DNA of 61,606 nucleotides, filler included, from Nemertoderma westbladi (GCA_032718475.1; 3 parts of 3 records of this genome joined end to end with filler, not necessarily neighbours in it), one strand, 5' to 3'; positions 24,537 to 37,143 are shown, counted from the first letter of the whole stretch. The notes: a model not told the origin generated them from the sequence alone. Program-made: numbers and translations.

Positions 24537-25158
24537 TCAAACATTGATCAAACTTTGATCAAACATTGATCAAACTTTGATCAAACATTGATCAAAGTTT
24601 GATCAAATATTGAAATGAACCAGGCTTATAAATCCTGCCATTGAGTTCTACCAAAGGCGCTGCACTTCAAAGTCTAGATTCCCACTGAGCCGTGTGTCAA
24701 TCAAGCAGCCCTCACTCTCTCTCTCTCTCGCTCTCCCTGTGTGTGTAATGCTCCATGTGCTCTGTAGGATGTCTGCAGAGCACACAGGACACCACGTCCA
24801 TATCATACCATCGGTTTGTACGCTATAGCCGTTATTTAAACCGGACCGCCTAGGTTATAATAATTTACAGCGATTATCAGAAAATAACAGCCGCAATTGA
24901 ATCTCCACTTGGCGGTGTGGTGGTAATGAAAGCAAGGGCGGGTATGGGCTGTGTGGGGTTTAATTCTGAGTTAAGCAATGTGTTGGGTGGATGGCTACAA
25001 ATACATTATAAAGGGGGGGGGGGGGGGCAACTAGCGTACCGAGCGAGGGGAAGGCCATTTGAAAGCATACTGATAAACCCTTTCCAGTTGAAATGAGAAA
25101 AAAAAATAATATATATATTAAAGATCCACATTTCAAATTTTCTGAAACAAAAGCATTT
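24507..25158. mobile_element. Insertion starting TA|CAGT (possible Tc1/mariner-type end) with a TTGATCAA palindromic array
   Basis: RT homology stops at ...KFTLDI. An 11-bp repeat ttgatcaaac(a/t) occurs about 7 times at 24533-24610. The other end is lost in the gap. Confidence 0.4.
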
Positions 25159-25258
25159 NNNNNNNNNNNNNNNNNNNNNNNNNNNNNNNNNNNNNNNNNN
25201 NNTTAATTAATTAANNNNNNNNNNNNNNNNNNNNNNNNNNNNNNNNNNNNNNNNNNNN
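25159..25258. other. Artificial assembly spacer (N...TTAATTAATTAA...N)
   Basis: An all-frame stop linker flanked by Ns, identical in layout to 52114-52213. Confidence 0.95.
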
Positions 25259-26568
25259 TGTATATTTTATAGACTTAAATCCCATTTTCTGGGAGCGGTG
25301 TAAAAGCTTTTGTGGGATAACTGATACGTTTGCCTTTGCTGGCCAGTTCCCCCCCAGGCGCTGGAATACTCTAAAAGGGTTCTCTAACTGTATATATATT
25401 CCCCTCGCCCGCAAGGTACCTTTACAGGTGTTTTAACGGACATAAAAATCATTCTGCTATATACGTGTTTTGGCGGACATGGTAAGGCAAAAAACTGTAA
25501 TGCACCAACTACCTTTCACAGCTTAGCCGTGATGATTCATATTACGACATCTAACAGCTGGTTGCTGACATGGAAACAGCCATTAGATGCATGGTTCTTT
25601 GTTTGGCTTGAGCCAATCAGAGCGATTTTTCCTGTCGACGTGTAGCTTTTCTGCCGATCATAAGGAGAGTGTTCAGTCTTACTGTTTTTTCTTGATACTT
25701 TGTTGTTATTGCTGTCTAAGCCAGAAACACCGGCCTTTTAGTAAGAACTATAGTAAACTGCTTGAATTATCGAAAGTATAAACTGTTACCTAACTACCGA
25801 TCAATTTAATCAATCTTAACTAATTAATCAATCTAATGAAACTCACTTAACTCACTTAATTTAATTGCATTAATCATATTGTTTGTACTGTTATTTTACC
25901 GTCAGTTATTAATTGTACCTATTTGTTGATGGAAATATTGCTATTTGGATAATACGGATAAATCACCCAAATTCCCAAATTTCTTGATACACTACAGGTT
26001 AGAGAGACCGGCTATACATAACAATTGCGATTTATATTAATGTGGTGTGTATTGAATCCAATGTTATTTAGCAGACCCTACGTGAGTCAATTGCTGCTCT
26101 CTTTATGTGTGATCAAATATACTGACGGTCGGCAGAATAGTGTGTATGATTGTGATTGGTAACAAAGTATTTCCTAAAGAATACGCTTTATACTTTAATC
26201 ATAAGCAGTATCGTTGCGTTTAGTATAAGTCCTAGTTCTGTTTAAATAGATAAAGCGCCACGTCCTAAAGGAACTGTTAATATTTCCCGAAAGCCAATAA
26301 TATCTGTCAGAGATTAATTATTAACGATCTATCGAATAATACATTAGGTATACACTGCAACCTTACACTGCAATAATAAAATTTAAGCATCCGAATTCAG
26401 TCTCCCGGGTGTAGATCCATCGGGTGAATGATCGCGCATGGGCTGACTTCGGCTAATGTTTTGCGTATTAGCATAAAATATTGTCGTATGCTAAAGTGGT
26501 TTTAATTAACTAGAAGACATATAAATTTTGGCAGGTTAAACTGCTAAAGGTCTTCAAAAGCGCGAACA
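25259..26568 (+). mobile_element. 3' end (PPT + LTR 25299-26568) of a related BEL/Pao element
   Basis: Same pre-LTR sequence agacttaaatcccattttctgggagcgg|tgtaaaagcttttg and the same end aaagcgcgaaca as the LTR at 46107-47339. The interior is diverged. Confidence 0.88.
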
Positions 26569-28414
26569 ACTCTAATGAATTATTTACATATCAAATCATT
26601 AAGATTATAAATAAAACATACAGCATTCATGGAGGATACATATTCAATCAACTCTAAGTAATAAAACAATAAAATAAATATAAGACTCATTTTGGATAAA
26701 TATCTAGGTGATAGTTAGTTAGTTAGTTATTTTATTGACCCGGCACAGCATACAGTAATAATATGAACAATTAACAACATACAGACAATAAGACAGAATA
26801 ATACAGGCAAAATAGATTAGTCCAATCAATACAATTGACGGTACAAATGATGATTGATGATACACCAGTGGGTGTATTTTACATACAACCACATGAAATT
26901 AATATTTGGAATAACCTGTCCGTGGAACTAGAGAACGCTATTGTATCTCCAATTGTTATCCTATTCAATCATCATATGACCCCCAATCATAAAATAACTA
27001 TGTTTCATACAAAAATAAATTTAAGGAAAAATACTCACATCTTACAACTTACAAATCCTAAATAACGAGCACCCACTATATAAGGTCTTATAGACATAAC
27101 CACCACAAACAGTACATGACTTCTCCGACCACGAATTATTTGTAGTACTGGAATCCAAACAGGTAACAACCACCCCAAAACATTCTTATATATTGCTCCC
27201 ATTCTAAATCCACGTACTGCAATAAAACAACTAAACAACCACATTACATATATTTGGTTGAGCATTTTACATAATTTTTGGTTTTTCCCACCAAAATAAT
27301 ATATCTTATGGACAAAGGTTGTATTCTATGTACTTCTATGGTATGTAATTGCACTTGGAATCTTAGGTCAGAGGAATGTCGTAGGTTTTTAACCAGTCGA
27401 AATACTAATGCCTTAGGATTGTTTGTAATCTTCCTTTTAATGTACATAGGTTTATTGTTAATGATACTACTAGAGACGGGCCTAGCGGCCCGTAAATCAA
27501 GTCGTAGGAGACAGTACGAGTCAAGTAAAAGCTTTTTGTTCTGTCTGATAATCAATTAGTGTGAGAGTAGTCCCGGTGGTGTACGAGAAATTTTCTAGAC
27601 AACTTCAAACTATACTTATTATGTTGTAATCATCTGATGAATTATAAAAGCTATTGTGTTTATAGACGATAGAGAGCAGTTAGCGAAATGATTATTTTAT
27701 TCTATCGGATAGAGTAGTCGGAGTCTCAGAGAGGAGTCGAGGTGTTAATTGATTAATAATAATAACAGCAGTTGTCATGAATTCAATACAATCGCGCACA
27801 AGAAGTGATATGACAAATTCGTTCTTATTTTTGTAATAAATAAAACAAGTTCAGAAGTTTCAATGTAAACCGCGATTAACAATTTACACTGTTCAATGTA
27901 AACCACGATATTAATTAAATACAACAATTATATTATTATTATAACAGATTTTTATATTTCAAACTATAATGTTAGCCTTATGGAGAATCATTATGAGGCT
28001 GAGTAAACATTCAGTCATATCAACATACAGCCTCCACAGTATTAATGTTGGCACAAAGATTTCAAAATAAAACAATAATTAGGTGAGAGCTAGAGAGTAC
28101 AGTACAATCAATAGTAGCCAACCCAACACACTGTGTAACTAACAGTCATTTAGCTTGCACGCCAATTAATTAACATAACAAGGATGCATTGGGAAGAGTT
28201 ATTCAGCTGAGACTGCAATAGCCAGCTAAACCAGTTAATGTTTACTTACTGTAGAGTAGAGTGATAATACTTGGCACAGAAAGTACTTCTTTGTTAGTTG
28301 GCCTTCCTATTGAATGCATTACCAGGCCATCTCTATACATTTTTCATGAGTGCCATCTGGTGTTCTTATCATTGCGCCTATGGCAATTTTCGTGTTTTGC
28401 GGCTATTTTTCGAA

Positions 28415-28645
28415 ATAAAACAAGTTGAGATGTTTCAATTTAAACCGCGATTTCACAGTTACCCATAGAAATCTCTTTTCATGGTCCATGCAAAATTTCA
28501 TCAAAATCGTTAAGAGTAGTTTTTGCTCTAGGTCAGTAGTCAGTAGTCAGTAGCCAAGTAGTCAGTCATTTTATAATTGTATTCAAAAATCTGATTATCG
28601 TTGAATTTATTGCTAATATAATTTACTTCCGTCTGTAGAAGTAAA
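28415..28645 (+). mobile_element. Possible Helentron-associated (HINE/DINE-like) short element
   Basis: aacaag start, aaatttcatcaaaatcg core, (gtcagta)n microsatellite, and terminal hairpin ttacttc-cgtctgta-gaagtaa. Confidence 0.35.
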
Positions 28646-30624
28646 ACCGCGGGAATAACCTACGATGATGTGTAGCTAGTGATTGTAGAGTAGCAGATCT
28701 TAAGGATCTGACGCCGTAATAGTTAAATCACTTATTGGTTATTCAGAAATTCCCGTTGTTACAGACCCAGAAGTTAAATACTTTGTTGGACTTTATTTCT
28801 TCTGCAAAATTGTTGTTTTTATTTATTTTTGGTTTTTTTATTTTCCGTTTTTGCTATGTGGTGTTGTTTGTTCTATATTCACCAGTGTCTGTTTGATATG
28901 GGACCCTAGTCCATATATTTTTTGTTTATTCTTGTTTATTTTTGGTCTTTTTTGTTGTTGATTATTTGTGGTTGTGCTATAACTGTATTTAATTTTGTGT
29001 AGGAATAAAATTGGTCAACTATTCGCAAAGCTATAGCATATGCAATTAATTATATTCAAATAAAATAAAACATATTGTTATATCCTCATTTAAGAGAACA
29101 GCCGAATTAAATAACTTAAATCTTGTGAGGTTATAATGAGGTTAAAGGACCCCCACCCAGTATGAAATAAAATGTCCAGTAAGAAGAAATAACATAACGT
29201 TTAATAATAATATTTGACTTAATATATATCAGTAAATAAATCTTACAGAAGATTTAGATAATAATTATACAATAGTTTGAATAATATTGTTTAATAATAA
29301 TTGTAATAATACGCAATAATGTTGAATTAATAATATAACACATATTTCAACAATCCAATAATACTTTCTTTTATAATCAAACGTTCTAATAGTAAATCAA
29401 ATTAATATGAAATTGGTTTATTTCATAACAATTGAAATGCAATTACATTTGTTATTTTGTCAATCTGCACTGCACTTGTGGGGCAGACTCAGCCAAGGCT
29501 AAGTTATTGTTAGGCGTGCCTACCAGTACCGGTACATCTGGTAAAATATACTTTATATGATAAATTAACATATCATAAACAATACCCATCATCCTACATT
29601 CATTGTTTGGGTGATATTTTGCACGCCGATGCAAAGAAAAATATATGAAAACATGATAATGACATCGGCTTATTTGGTTCAATAAAAATTGTAAGCGCTA
29701 TCCGAAATTTATAATTTTTATATCCAAGATGCTCATTTGTTGTAATTCGGTTTAATTGTTTTCCATGAGGCTGACTCGAATTAAAGTACTTTAAAAACCA
29801 AAACATAATTGAAGGGCAGTTCTCATAAAAAATTAAACAATTTTATATATTCGGTTACCTCACAAATTTTGGGAATCTCAATAATTGCAACTTAATTTCA
29901 GTTTCAGGATATGAAAGGTTTTTAACATTCAGTTGATTTGTTAAAATAATGTAGGGCATTTATCGGGACTTATTAAGTTTTAACTAATATTGAAATTAAA
30001 ATTACTTGATTGGGCATTCTAGAAAAAAATAATTAGGATAAAAATAACTCAGAACATTTTGCAACAAAAATTAAATTGTAACATTTATATATATATACAA
30101 CTCCCAATTTTCTATTTGTTTGTCATCGTAAAAGTAATACACAAGTATTAGTTAATACAAGATTATTCAACAAGGATTTTCTAATGTACATTTTTTGTTA
30201 AATCTAATGAAATACAATGTGGATACAAGTCAATACTTTTGATACATAGTTATTAGTTAGTAAAATGATTTGGAAATAATCGTGTATCTAATGTTAGCTC
30301 CAAGATTCTGCACGTCTTTTTAGAATTATTACAAAGTGTATTTGTATTGTTGTAACTATATATTTGAAAGCGAAGAGACGTAAGACAAGGGCAAAATCAA
30401 TCAAAAGTTTATCATGATATTTAGGAATAGGGGTTATACTTAGATAAATGATAAGGTGCTAACAGAACGAACATTTTTTTGACCTTGAAATTAAAATTCT
30501 ATCCACCTACACAAAAAAAAAGTGAAAACAAAGAATAATAAAATGTTGAATGATCAATAATCGTTGTTTTATTGATTATCAGCTGCAAACTTGGGGGGAC
30601 CTGACTGGAGAATTGTTTTCCCCT

Positions 30625-30750
30625 TCACGTAATGTTGGCTCTTCCGAACTCGCCTTGCGTCGCTTTACTTTCGTCGTCGCAACAAATAAAACGGACATCG
30701 TTTACAATCGAGTCATCGTCTGTCCAACTGGCATCACATTTTATGCAGAT
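30625..30750 (-). CDS. Host gene exon 6, VOMI C-terminus (ICIKCDASWTDDDSIVNDVRFICC...stop)
   Basis: AG acceptor, phase 0. Matches the VMO1 C-terminal pattern DDT.LNDVRFFCC. Confidence 0.8.
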   Translation of the reverse strand: MCIKCDASWTDDDSIVNDVRFICCDDESKATQGEFGRANIT

Positions 30751-30900
30751 CTAAATCGAAAGTAATTAGTTGAAATTAATTAAAGATTACGAATTTGAAA
30801 TCAGTATGAAGTCAATAAGTTCCATGCGGGACAGCACACACTATTCAAACTTACAAACTTAAATAATTATGATAGATCATGTTCTACACAGATCAACATA

Positions 30901-31162
30901 TTGACCCTATTAAACCCGGGGGTGGGGGGGGGGGGGGGGGTTGAATATGACCCCCGTGTTTTTTTGTACTAACTCTGAAACAACCGCATTTGGGAATCTG
31001 AAGTTTTATGACTTCTCCTAAAAATCGATTGTCAACCTAATGGTGTAAACGGTTTTCCGAAATATTGGGAAGTTTTTGAGTAATAGCACTATTTGTTAAC
31101 CCTACTTTTGGCACTATTTTTGAGACGTTTTTTGAAAATTACACTTCATGAAATATGATTTG
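30901..31162 (+). mobile_element. Partial second copy of the piggyBac-like MITE family at 10335
   Basis: ttgaccctattaaacccggggg start. 31005-31161 is collinear with 10375-10531. Confidence 0.7.
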
Positions 31163-32193
31163 TCCAGGCAGTCCAGGATTTGGAAGTCGAGAATAAAACG
31201 GAATGTTCGGAAATGTTAGATTATTTAGAATACATCTGAACCAGTACTTCTATATAGTCCAGAAGTGGTTCTAACTGCTGATGACATCAAATCTCTGCAT
31301 GGGGGGGGGGGGGGGGACAACATTTTATAATTTTGTATATCTTGGCTGAAAAATTTAAATTTTGAATGGTATTCGAGGTCGCTACGCGATCACGATGAAA
31401 CTTGGAAAAAATATTTTCTTTTATTTATACAATCATTTTGGTGCTAATCTGGTCCTCCAGGATGAAAAATACAAATAGAATAAATATCAAATTAAAAATG
31501 TTGAGTTTGATTTGATAATTCTGAAGGTAAACGGATTTTAGAGGTCGCTGATTACGATGAAACCATCATTTTGGTGCCATTATGGTGACCCAGATCGATC
31601 GAAAAGTAGGCCTACAAGTAGCATTAGCAAAAATCTCAAACTGTCAAATGTTGCCTTTGCTATTGCAATTCTGAAGCTACACTGGTGTTCAATATCGAAA
31701 GGACAAGCATACTTGCAGATTTGCATCATCCAGGATTAACAGATTTGGACCAAATGGGGTCAAAATCGAATGGTCAAAACAATTAGTGTTTTGTTTTGGA
31801 TATGTTGGATGGTTCTTTTGGGTTATTTTGAGAGTTTAGTAGGATTCATGATACTTACACAACACTACTTACTACATCTTTCGATGTAATATGGCAAATT
31901 TTGTTGCTGGCACCAAATTTCGTACCCATCACCAAAAGTACAAGTTTGAGATGTCCAGTGATTTCTTAATTGATTCCATCGGATTCGAGACAGGGGGGGG
32001 GGGGGGGGGGACTGGACGCAAAACCCGCCTTGCGAATTAATATCCCGTCTGCTTGCAATTATTAATATAGAAATCTTAAATTGATTTTTATAATATAATA
32101 TTGGTGTTATGGGTGAATGAGGGTCTTCTTATTATTTGATAACTTTCGTTGTGCACAGCTTTGGAAAGTTGTGCATTTGTCATACTAACGCAC

Positions 32194-32347
32194 CTCCAAG
32201 CCACATACAGCAGACCCATATTTACAACTTTCGCTCTCTTGGCGAGACCACTTCCCCCAGAGCAGTGGATTACTACTCTTATCATCTTGTGTTGATTGAG
32301 TGATGTTGAAGCCAACCTCAGGAGAGTCGGGAAAGTTGTGCCGATTG
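32194..32347 (-). CDS. Host gene exon 5, VOMI repeat (...LLWGKWSRQESESCKYGSAVCGLE)
   Basis: AG/GT borders, phase 2 to 0, compatible with the neighbouring exons. Confidence 0.85.
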
Positions 32348-32534
32348 CTAAACAGACAAAGAAAATAAACAATAACTTTCTGAAACATTGCAAGACGGAG
32401 AATCGTAAGTACACTGATCTCTTGATATTAGTTATATAGATATTATATATCAGTTATTACATTTTTACACCATTAATTGAACTTTTTATTGCTATTCTTA
32501 TAACAGATATTTATACTGATTATGTAGTAACCAT

Positions 32535-33498
32535 TTATTCCAAAATTGTAACATTACTCAACGCCGTTAGTATTAACAGCGATTTGTTATTTAGTACTTT
32601 ACAACTTTAGATGACATTACAGCATTGTATTGTCCTGTACATGTAGTATTGTATTTGGTGTTATCAGTTAAGTAATATCCCATTAGTGGACATTACAACA
32701 CGCCGTCATTGGTTACCACGTAAACAATAGGTGGAAATTTGCCTGACACCTAGATAGGCCTACTGCATTACCTACCGGTAGGCGGGGTATAACTATTAAT
32801 AACCAGTAGCTATAAACTATTAGCATGGCTGCAAAAGGCCATTTTCCCCGTTCAATAGAAGTGCATTAGGTGGGAGTGTGAGTGTCAGGGGCTAGTGGCT
32901 AACCTGGATAGCGCTACTGATGAGGCCTGTTAGGCCGAAACGTACGTATAGCGCTGGTTCAACCCCCGGTGATGCGCTTTCTCATTTTTCCACTTCTGAA
33001 CAAACCCATAATATTACATCATAAATATAAGCTAACTTATTTATAACATAATTTATGTCATTTTTACAATTATTTATACAGCAGCTAATTTAATTTGTGC
33101 GGTTTCTATCACTTATAATGTATATGTACAATCATTTCGTAATGTTAAAATTTTGGAATAAAACTACACATACTTGTTGCAAAGTACTTTACAGTGTTCT
33201 GATCCTCGTGGCTTTATTTTCACTCACTCACTAACGTCACCTACCGCCTACAGGCAGGTAATGCACTAGGCCTATCTGGCTGTCAGGCAAATACAGTACC
33301 ACCTATTGTTTAAGTGGTAACCAATGACGGCGTGTTGTAATGTCCACTAATGGGATATTACTTAACTGATAACACCAAATACAATACTAAATGTACAGGC
33401 CAATACAATGCTGTAATGTCCTCTAAAGTTGTAAAGTGCTAAATAACAACTCGCTGTTAATTCTAACTGGGTTGAGTAATGTTACAATTTTGGAATAA
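32535..33498. mobile_element. Intronic MITE with about 250-bp TIRs
   Basis: 32535-32785 is the reverse complement of about 33244-33498 (ttattccaaaattgtaacattactcaac...). Confidence 0.85.
32910..32955 (+). ncRNA. Minimal type I hammerhead ribozyme
   Basis: agcgcta-CTGATGA-ggcct(gtt)aggcc-GAAAC-gtac-GTA-tagcgct: perfect core, 7-bp helix I, helix II, palindromic helix III and a GUA cleavage triplet. Confidence 0.93.
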
Positions 33499-33542
33499 TA
33501 AATATATCAAAATATAAAATAAATAGAATGATAAAAACTAAC

Positions 33543-33698
33543 TTGCAATACATCATCATATCGGTAACCCCCACATCATCGTCATTCCAGCCTTGAAACG
33601 GATACGTTCGCAGGTTAAACCTGAACATGAAGCCGTCTGGGTACTTTGGTGCAGTTGGTAGCTCCTGAAAACTAGGGCACATTCTGGGTTCAGTCCAA
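33543..33698 (-). CDS. Host gene exon 4, VOMI repeat (WTEPRMCP...FNLRTYPFQGWNDDDVGVTDMMMYC)
   Basis: AG/GT borders, phase 2 to 2, VOMI W..C...FxLR..PxQG.DD...C pattern. Confidence 0.85.
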
Positions 33699-33896
33699 CT
33701 GCAATTTAATATTATAATATATTATAGTATTTTTGATTTTAATAAAAAAAAAGTCTAATGAAATGAAAAAAAAATTAAAAAAGTGAAAAAAATAATATAA
33801 ATAATATAAATACATCAATTCCTTTATAAGTAATTGTTCCTGAAATGTAATGTAATTATGGGTTTTTTGTTAGATTTTTAACTATCCTTGCATCGC

Positions 33897-34072
33897 ACTA
33901 CTTCTAGGACTAATATCCACATGCTGCATAGAAGCTGCATTACATATATATTAAGAATGCTGTGCCGGCTTGTCGACAACCGCCGCCACCACTACATATG
34001 ACCCATGAAATTTGCCAGATCATCCGCATCTTCAAGGCCAGTGTCCGTTAAGATACGTCTAAAGAAAGTCAT
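33897..34072 (-). mobile_element. Short 3'-end fragment of the RTE family at 56486-59790
   Basis: Collinear with about 56490-56653 (ttaagaatgctgtgccggctt..., gatcatccgcatcttcaaggccagtgtcc). Confidence 0.8.
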
Positions 34073-34147
34073 AGATTTTTTTAAATGTCATTAAATTGTA
34101 TATGTGGTAATATTTCAATAAGTTTATCTTTTGTTTATTCAACTCAC

Positions 34148-34263
34148 TTCCCACGTCGATGTTCAGTAAAGTGATCGGCATCAATAGTTGTGTTGTCACT
34201 ACATATTAATCGGATGCCTGTAACTGCCATATCGTCTTGAATCGAACCTTGGTATTCCAGAAC
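34148..34263 (-). CDS. Host gene exon 3, VOMI repeat (VLEYQGSIQDDMAVTGIRLICSD...)
   Basis: AG/GT borders, phase 0 to 2. Matches the VMO1 pattern VE.YQG..DDTALNGIRL.C. Confidence 0.88.
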
Positions 34264-34975
34264 CTAAAGCAACAATTTAGTGATATATATTATTAATAAA
34301 TGAAGGGTGATTATGATTATTGTAGCCAGTTTACTGTATTACGGCATTACTGCCCACTACTCCATAGTAACAGACATTCCGTTGACTGACTCTGCCATCA
34401 ACCCGCCCGTTTTTGGACATAACAGGCATAGTCCGGTTCCTTTTTGCCTAAAAAGTGAAGGCGAATGCAATTTGTGAACGAAATAACTGGCGTCCAACCC
34501 AACCCAGGTAAATCCGAATTCGTCGGGTGCCAAGCTCAATTGGGAATTTTTGGGTCCCGTTTCACCATGGCAACATGAGGTCATTTCCATAACACCACAT
34601 TCTATTAACCATACAGAAGTTAAGAAAAGTTAGGCCAAGGATTACGCCCGTCTAAATGTTGTTTTTGCTACAAATTTCGGGTTAAGTTTTCAAAATATTC
34701 AAAGTTTTCGTAACTACCTTAAAAACATGTTTAAAAACGTAGACAATTAATTTCCGACCATTTCCGACCTTTTCTTGTTACCATAGCAATTTGAAAACAT
34801 TTTGCAGTATGTAAAAATCTGTCAGAAACATTTCATATGTACTATGCATATCAATATGTTTATTTTATTATAATAGTTTCATCATTCAAGCTAATTGTGA
34901 TGTTATGATGCAATCGAAATGTAATGTTCAAGATAACAAGCCAAGTCACTATTCCATTGTTACCATAGCAACGGG

Positions 34976-36208
34976 TGTAAAAGCTTTTGCGTCATTAACC
35001 GGTTATTTTCCCTTAAAGTACTCTGTAGTTGGTTTGCCAGGCATAAAAAGGCCGTGTCCTTGCTGTACTGGTGTTTTAGAGGACATAAAAGTCATTTCTT
35101 CTGTATTTGAACTGTATTTGTACTTTAGAGGACATAATCTGCAATTTCATGACGTAAAAAGCTCGATACTCTTGAAAACAGTGTCGCTACCATGACGACG
35201 GCTAACGGCTGATATTGCCACGTTGCAGCTTTCTGTATCTGCCAATAGAATTTGAGTTAGCTTTGATTTTGACCTATCACAGAGCTACTGAACTGAATTT
35301 TCCTATCTCACTGCTCTTTCTCTGTGTTGAACGGGAGCTTCGTGGAATAAGGGTAGCTGGTATTCTTATAGTTATTCTTATCAGTGTTGTTGGTGATTCT
35401 AAGCCAGGAAGAACGGCTTTAGAGTATTTTGTGCTTTTATGCTTTAGCCTTACACTAGTAGGCTTAATTATAAGGACATATATCCTTTATCTGCATAACA
35501 TCCATAAATGCGGCATACCATACCAAATCATTTATACCTTAACTTTACTGATTTGCTGTCGGTTATTCATTATATTTGTTGATGAATTATTATATTTGGA
35601 ATCACGACAAATAACCCCAAAACCCAATATTCTTGATATACCGAAGGTAAGAGAGAAAGGTTACAGATAAATGATTGCGACCTATGTTGAGTGGTTTGAA
35701 GTGAATCTAATGTTATTTGATAGACCCTACATGATTCGGTCCGTGTTCCTTTTATATGTGACTAAAATCAGTGAAGATCGGCAGATTAGTGTGCAGTATT
35801 GTGCAGCATTGTGTATGAGTGAAACTGATAAAGAAGCATTTCCTAAAGAATGCGACATATATGTGAATTATAACTGAGCCATATCGTTGTGAGTAGTTTA
35901 AGTCATAACTCTGTTTATATAGATAGAGCGCCACGTCCTAAAGGAACTGTTAATATTCCCCGAAGGTGAATAATATTGTCAGAGATTATATAATACTGTC
36001 AGTCGAATAATACATTAGGCTTACATAGCAATACGATTAAGCCGTCGAAGTCAATCTCCCGGGTATATCCAACGGGTGAATGATCGCGCACAGATTGGTT
36101 TCAACTAGTGTAGTGAATCAAATACTTGTCAGAGGCTAAAGCGATTTATTATCTAGAAGACATCCTAATTTGGCGGGTTAAACTGCCAAAGGTCTGAAAG
36201 CGCGAACA
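34976..36208 (+). repeat. 5' LTR
   Basis: tgtaaaagc...gcgcgaaca. Only four substitutions relative to the 3' LTR were seen by eye. Confidence 0.96.
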
Positions 36209-36571
36209 ATAAAGGATATCGCTTCTTTATTGCAGTAAGCAATAAAGTTGAAAGTACCGGTCAACCGGTAAACCTGAAAAGGTACATCTGTAGGTCAGTA
36301 GGCCCAACTGCCAGAACCGGTACTGCCGTAGCTCCGTAGGTCCAACTGCCAGAATCGGTACTTCAGTAGGTCGGTAGGCCTAACTGTCCTAACCGGTACT
36401 TCCCGTATAAGTACAGCAGTATTATTCGATTTGATAATTATAAGCCGGTAGGTCTTAATAATTACGCCTGGTTTTTATTGGGATTTTACTTAGGCCTATT
36501 TCTGTCAGTTTTATTTATTTGTAGGCCAGTATTGAGCAGAAGGCGTGTAAGCCTGATCAGATTGTACAGAC

Positions 36572-37143
36572 AATTTGTAGGCTGAGCTGTTGTCTGATTG
36601 CTGTTAAGTCTGAACGGATTGCAGTGTGTGTAGATCACCTGTCCGATAAAGAACGGTTAGGAAGTAGGGGCAGCGAATGCTGTAAGGTAAACCCCCAACT
36701 AAAGAATAAGTCGTACTACTGGGTTAGAACGCATACTACCTAATTATTTCGGAGTCTGCATGTCCTGTAGTTTATTTAGGCTTGAGAGTAGTCTGCCATC
36801 GTTGAGTCTGTACTTTGTTTGTGTAAGTCTGTACGGGTAGCGTATAATATTTATTTAGATAATTTGTAGGCTGGATAGTTGTCTGGCTGTTATTAGGTCT
36901 GAACGGATTGCAGCGTGTGTAGATCACTTGTCCGATAAAGAAAGGTTAGGAAGTAGGGGCAGCGAATGCTGTAAGGTAAACCCCCGACTAAAGAATAAGT
37001 CGTACTACTGGGTTAGAACGCATACTACCTAATTATTTCGGAGTCTGCATATACCGTAGTTTGTTTGGGCTTGATAGTAGTCTGTCAGTGTTCGGTCTGC
37101 ATTTTGTTTGAGTAGTTTGTACGCGTAGCGTAATATTTATTAT
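36572..37143. repeat. About 289-bp tandem duplication in the long 5' leader of the LTR element
   Basis: aatttgtaggctg...ggttaggaagtaggggcagcgaatgctgtaaggtaaacccc... starts at 36572 and 36861. Confidence 0.88.

Noticed and set aside
26835-27560. Faint LINE 3'-end-like peptides (IWNNL, Cys-rich remnants); similar traces at about 4100-4560
   Set aside because: Too degenerate to assign a family or boundaries by eye.
35215-35877. Duplicated 151-aa hydrophobic and 68-aa ORFs (also at 46346-47008)
   Set aside because: They lie inside the two LTRs, and LTR identity explains the duplication. No such ORF is listed for the diverged LTR at 25299.
36218-36226. atcgcttct resembles the 5' end of U2 snRNA next to the PBS position
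   Set aside because: Only 9 nt, in the sense orientation, and the match does not extend.
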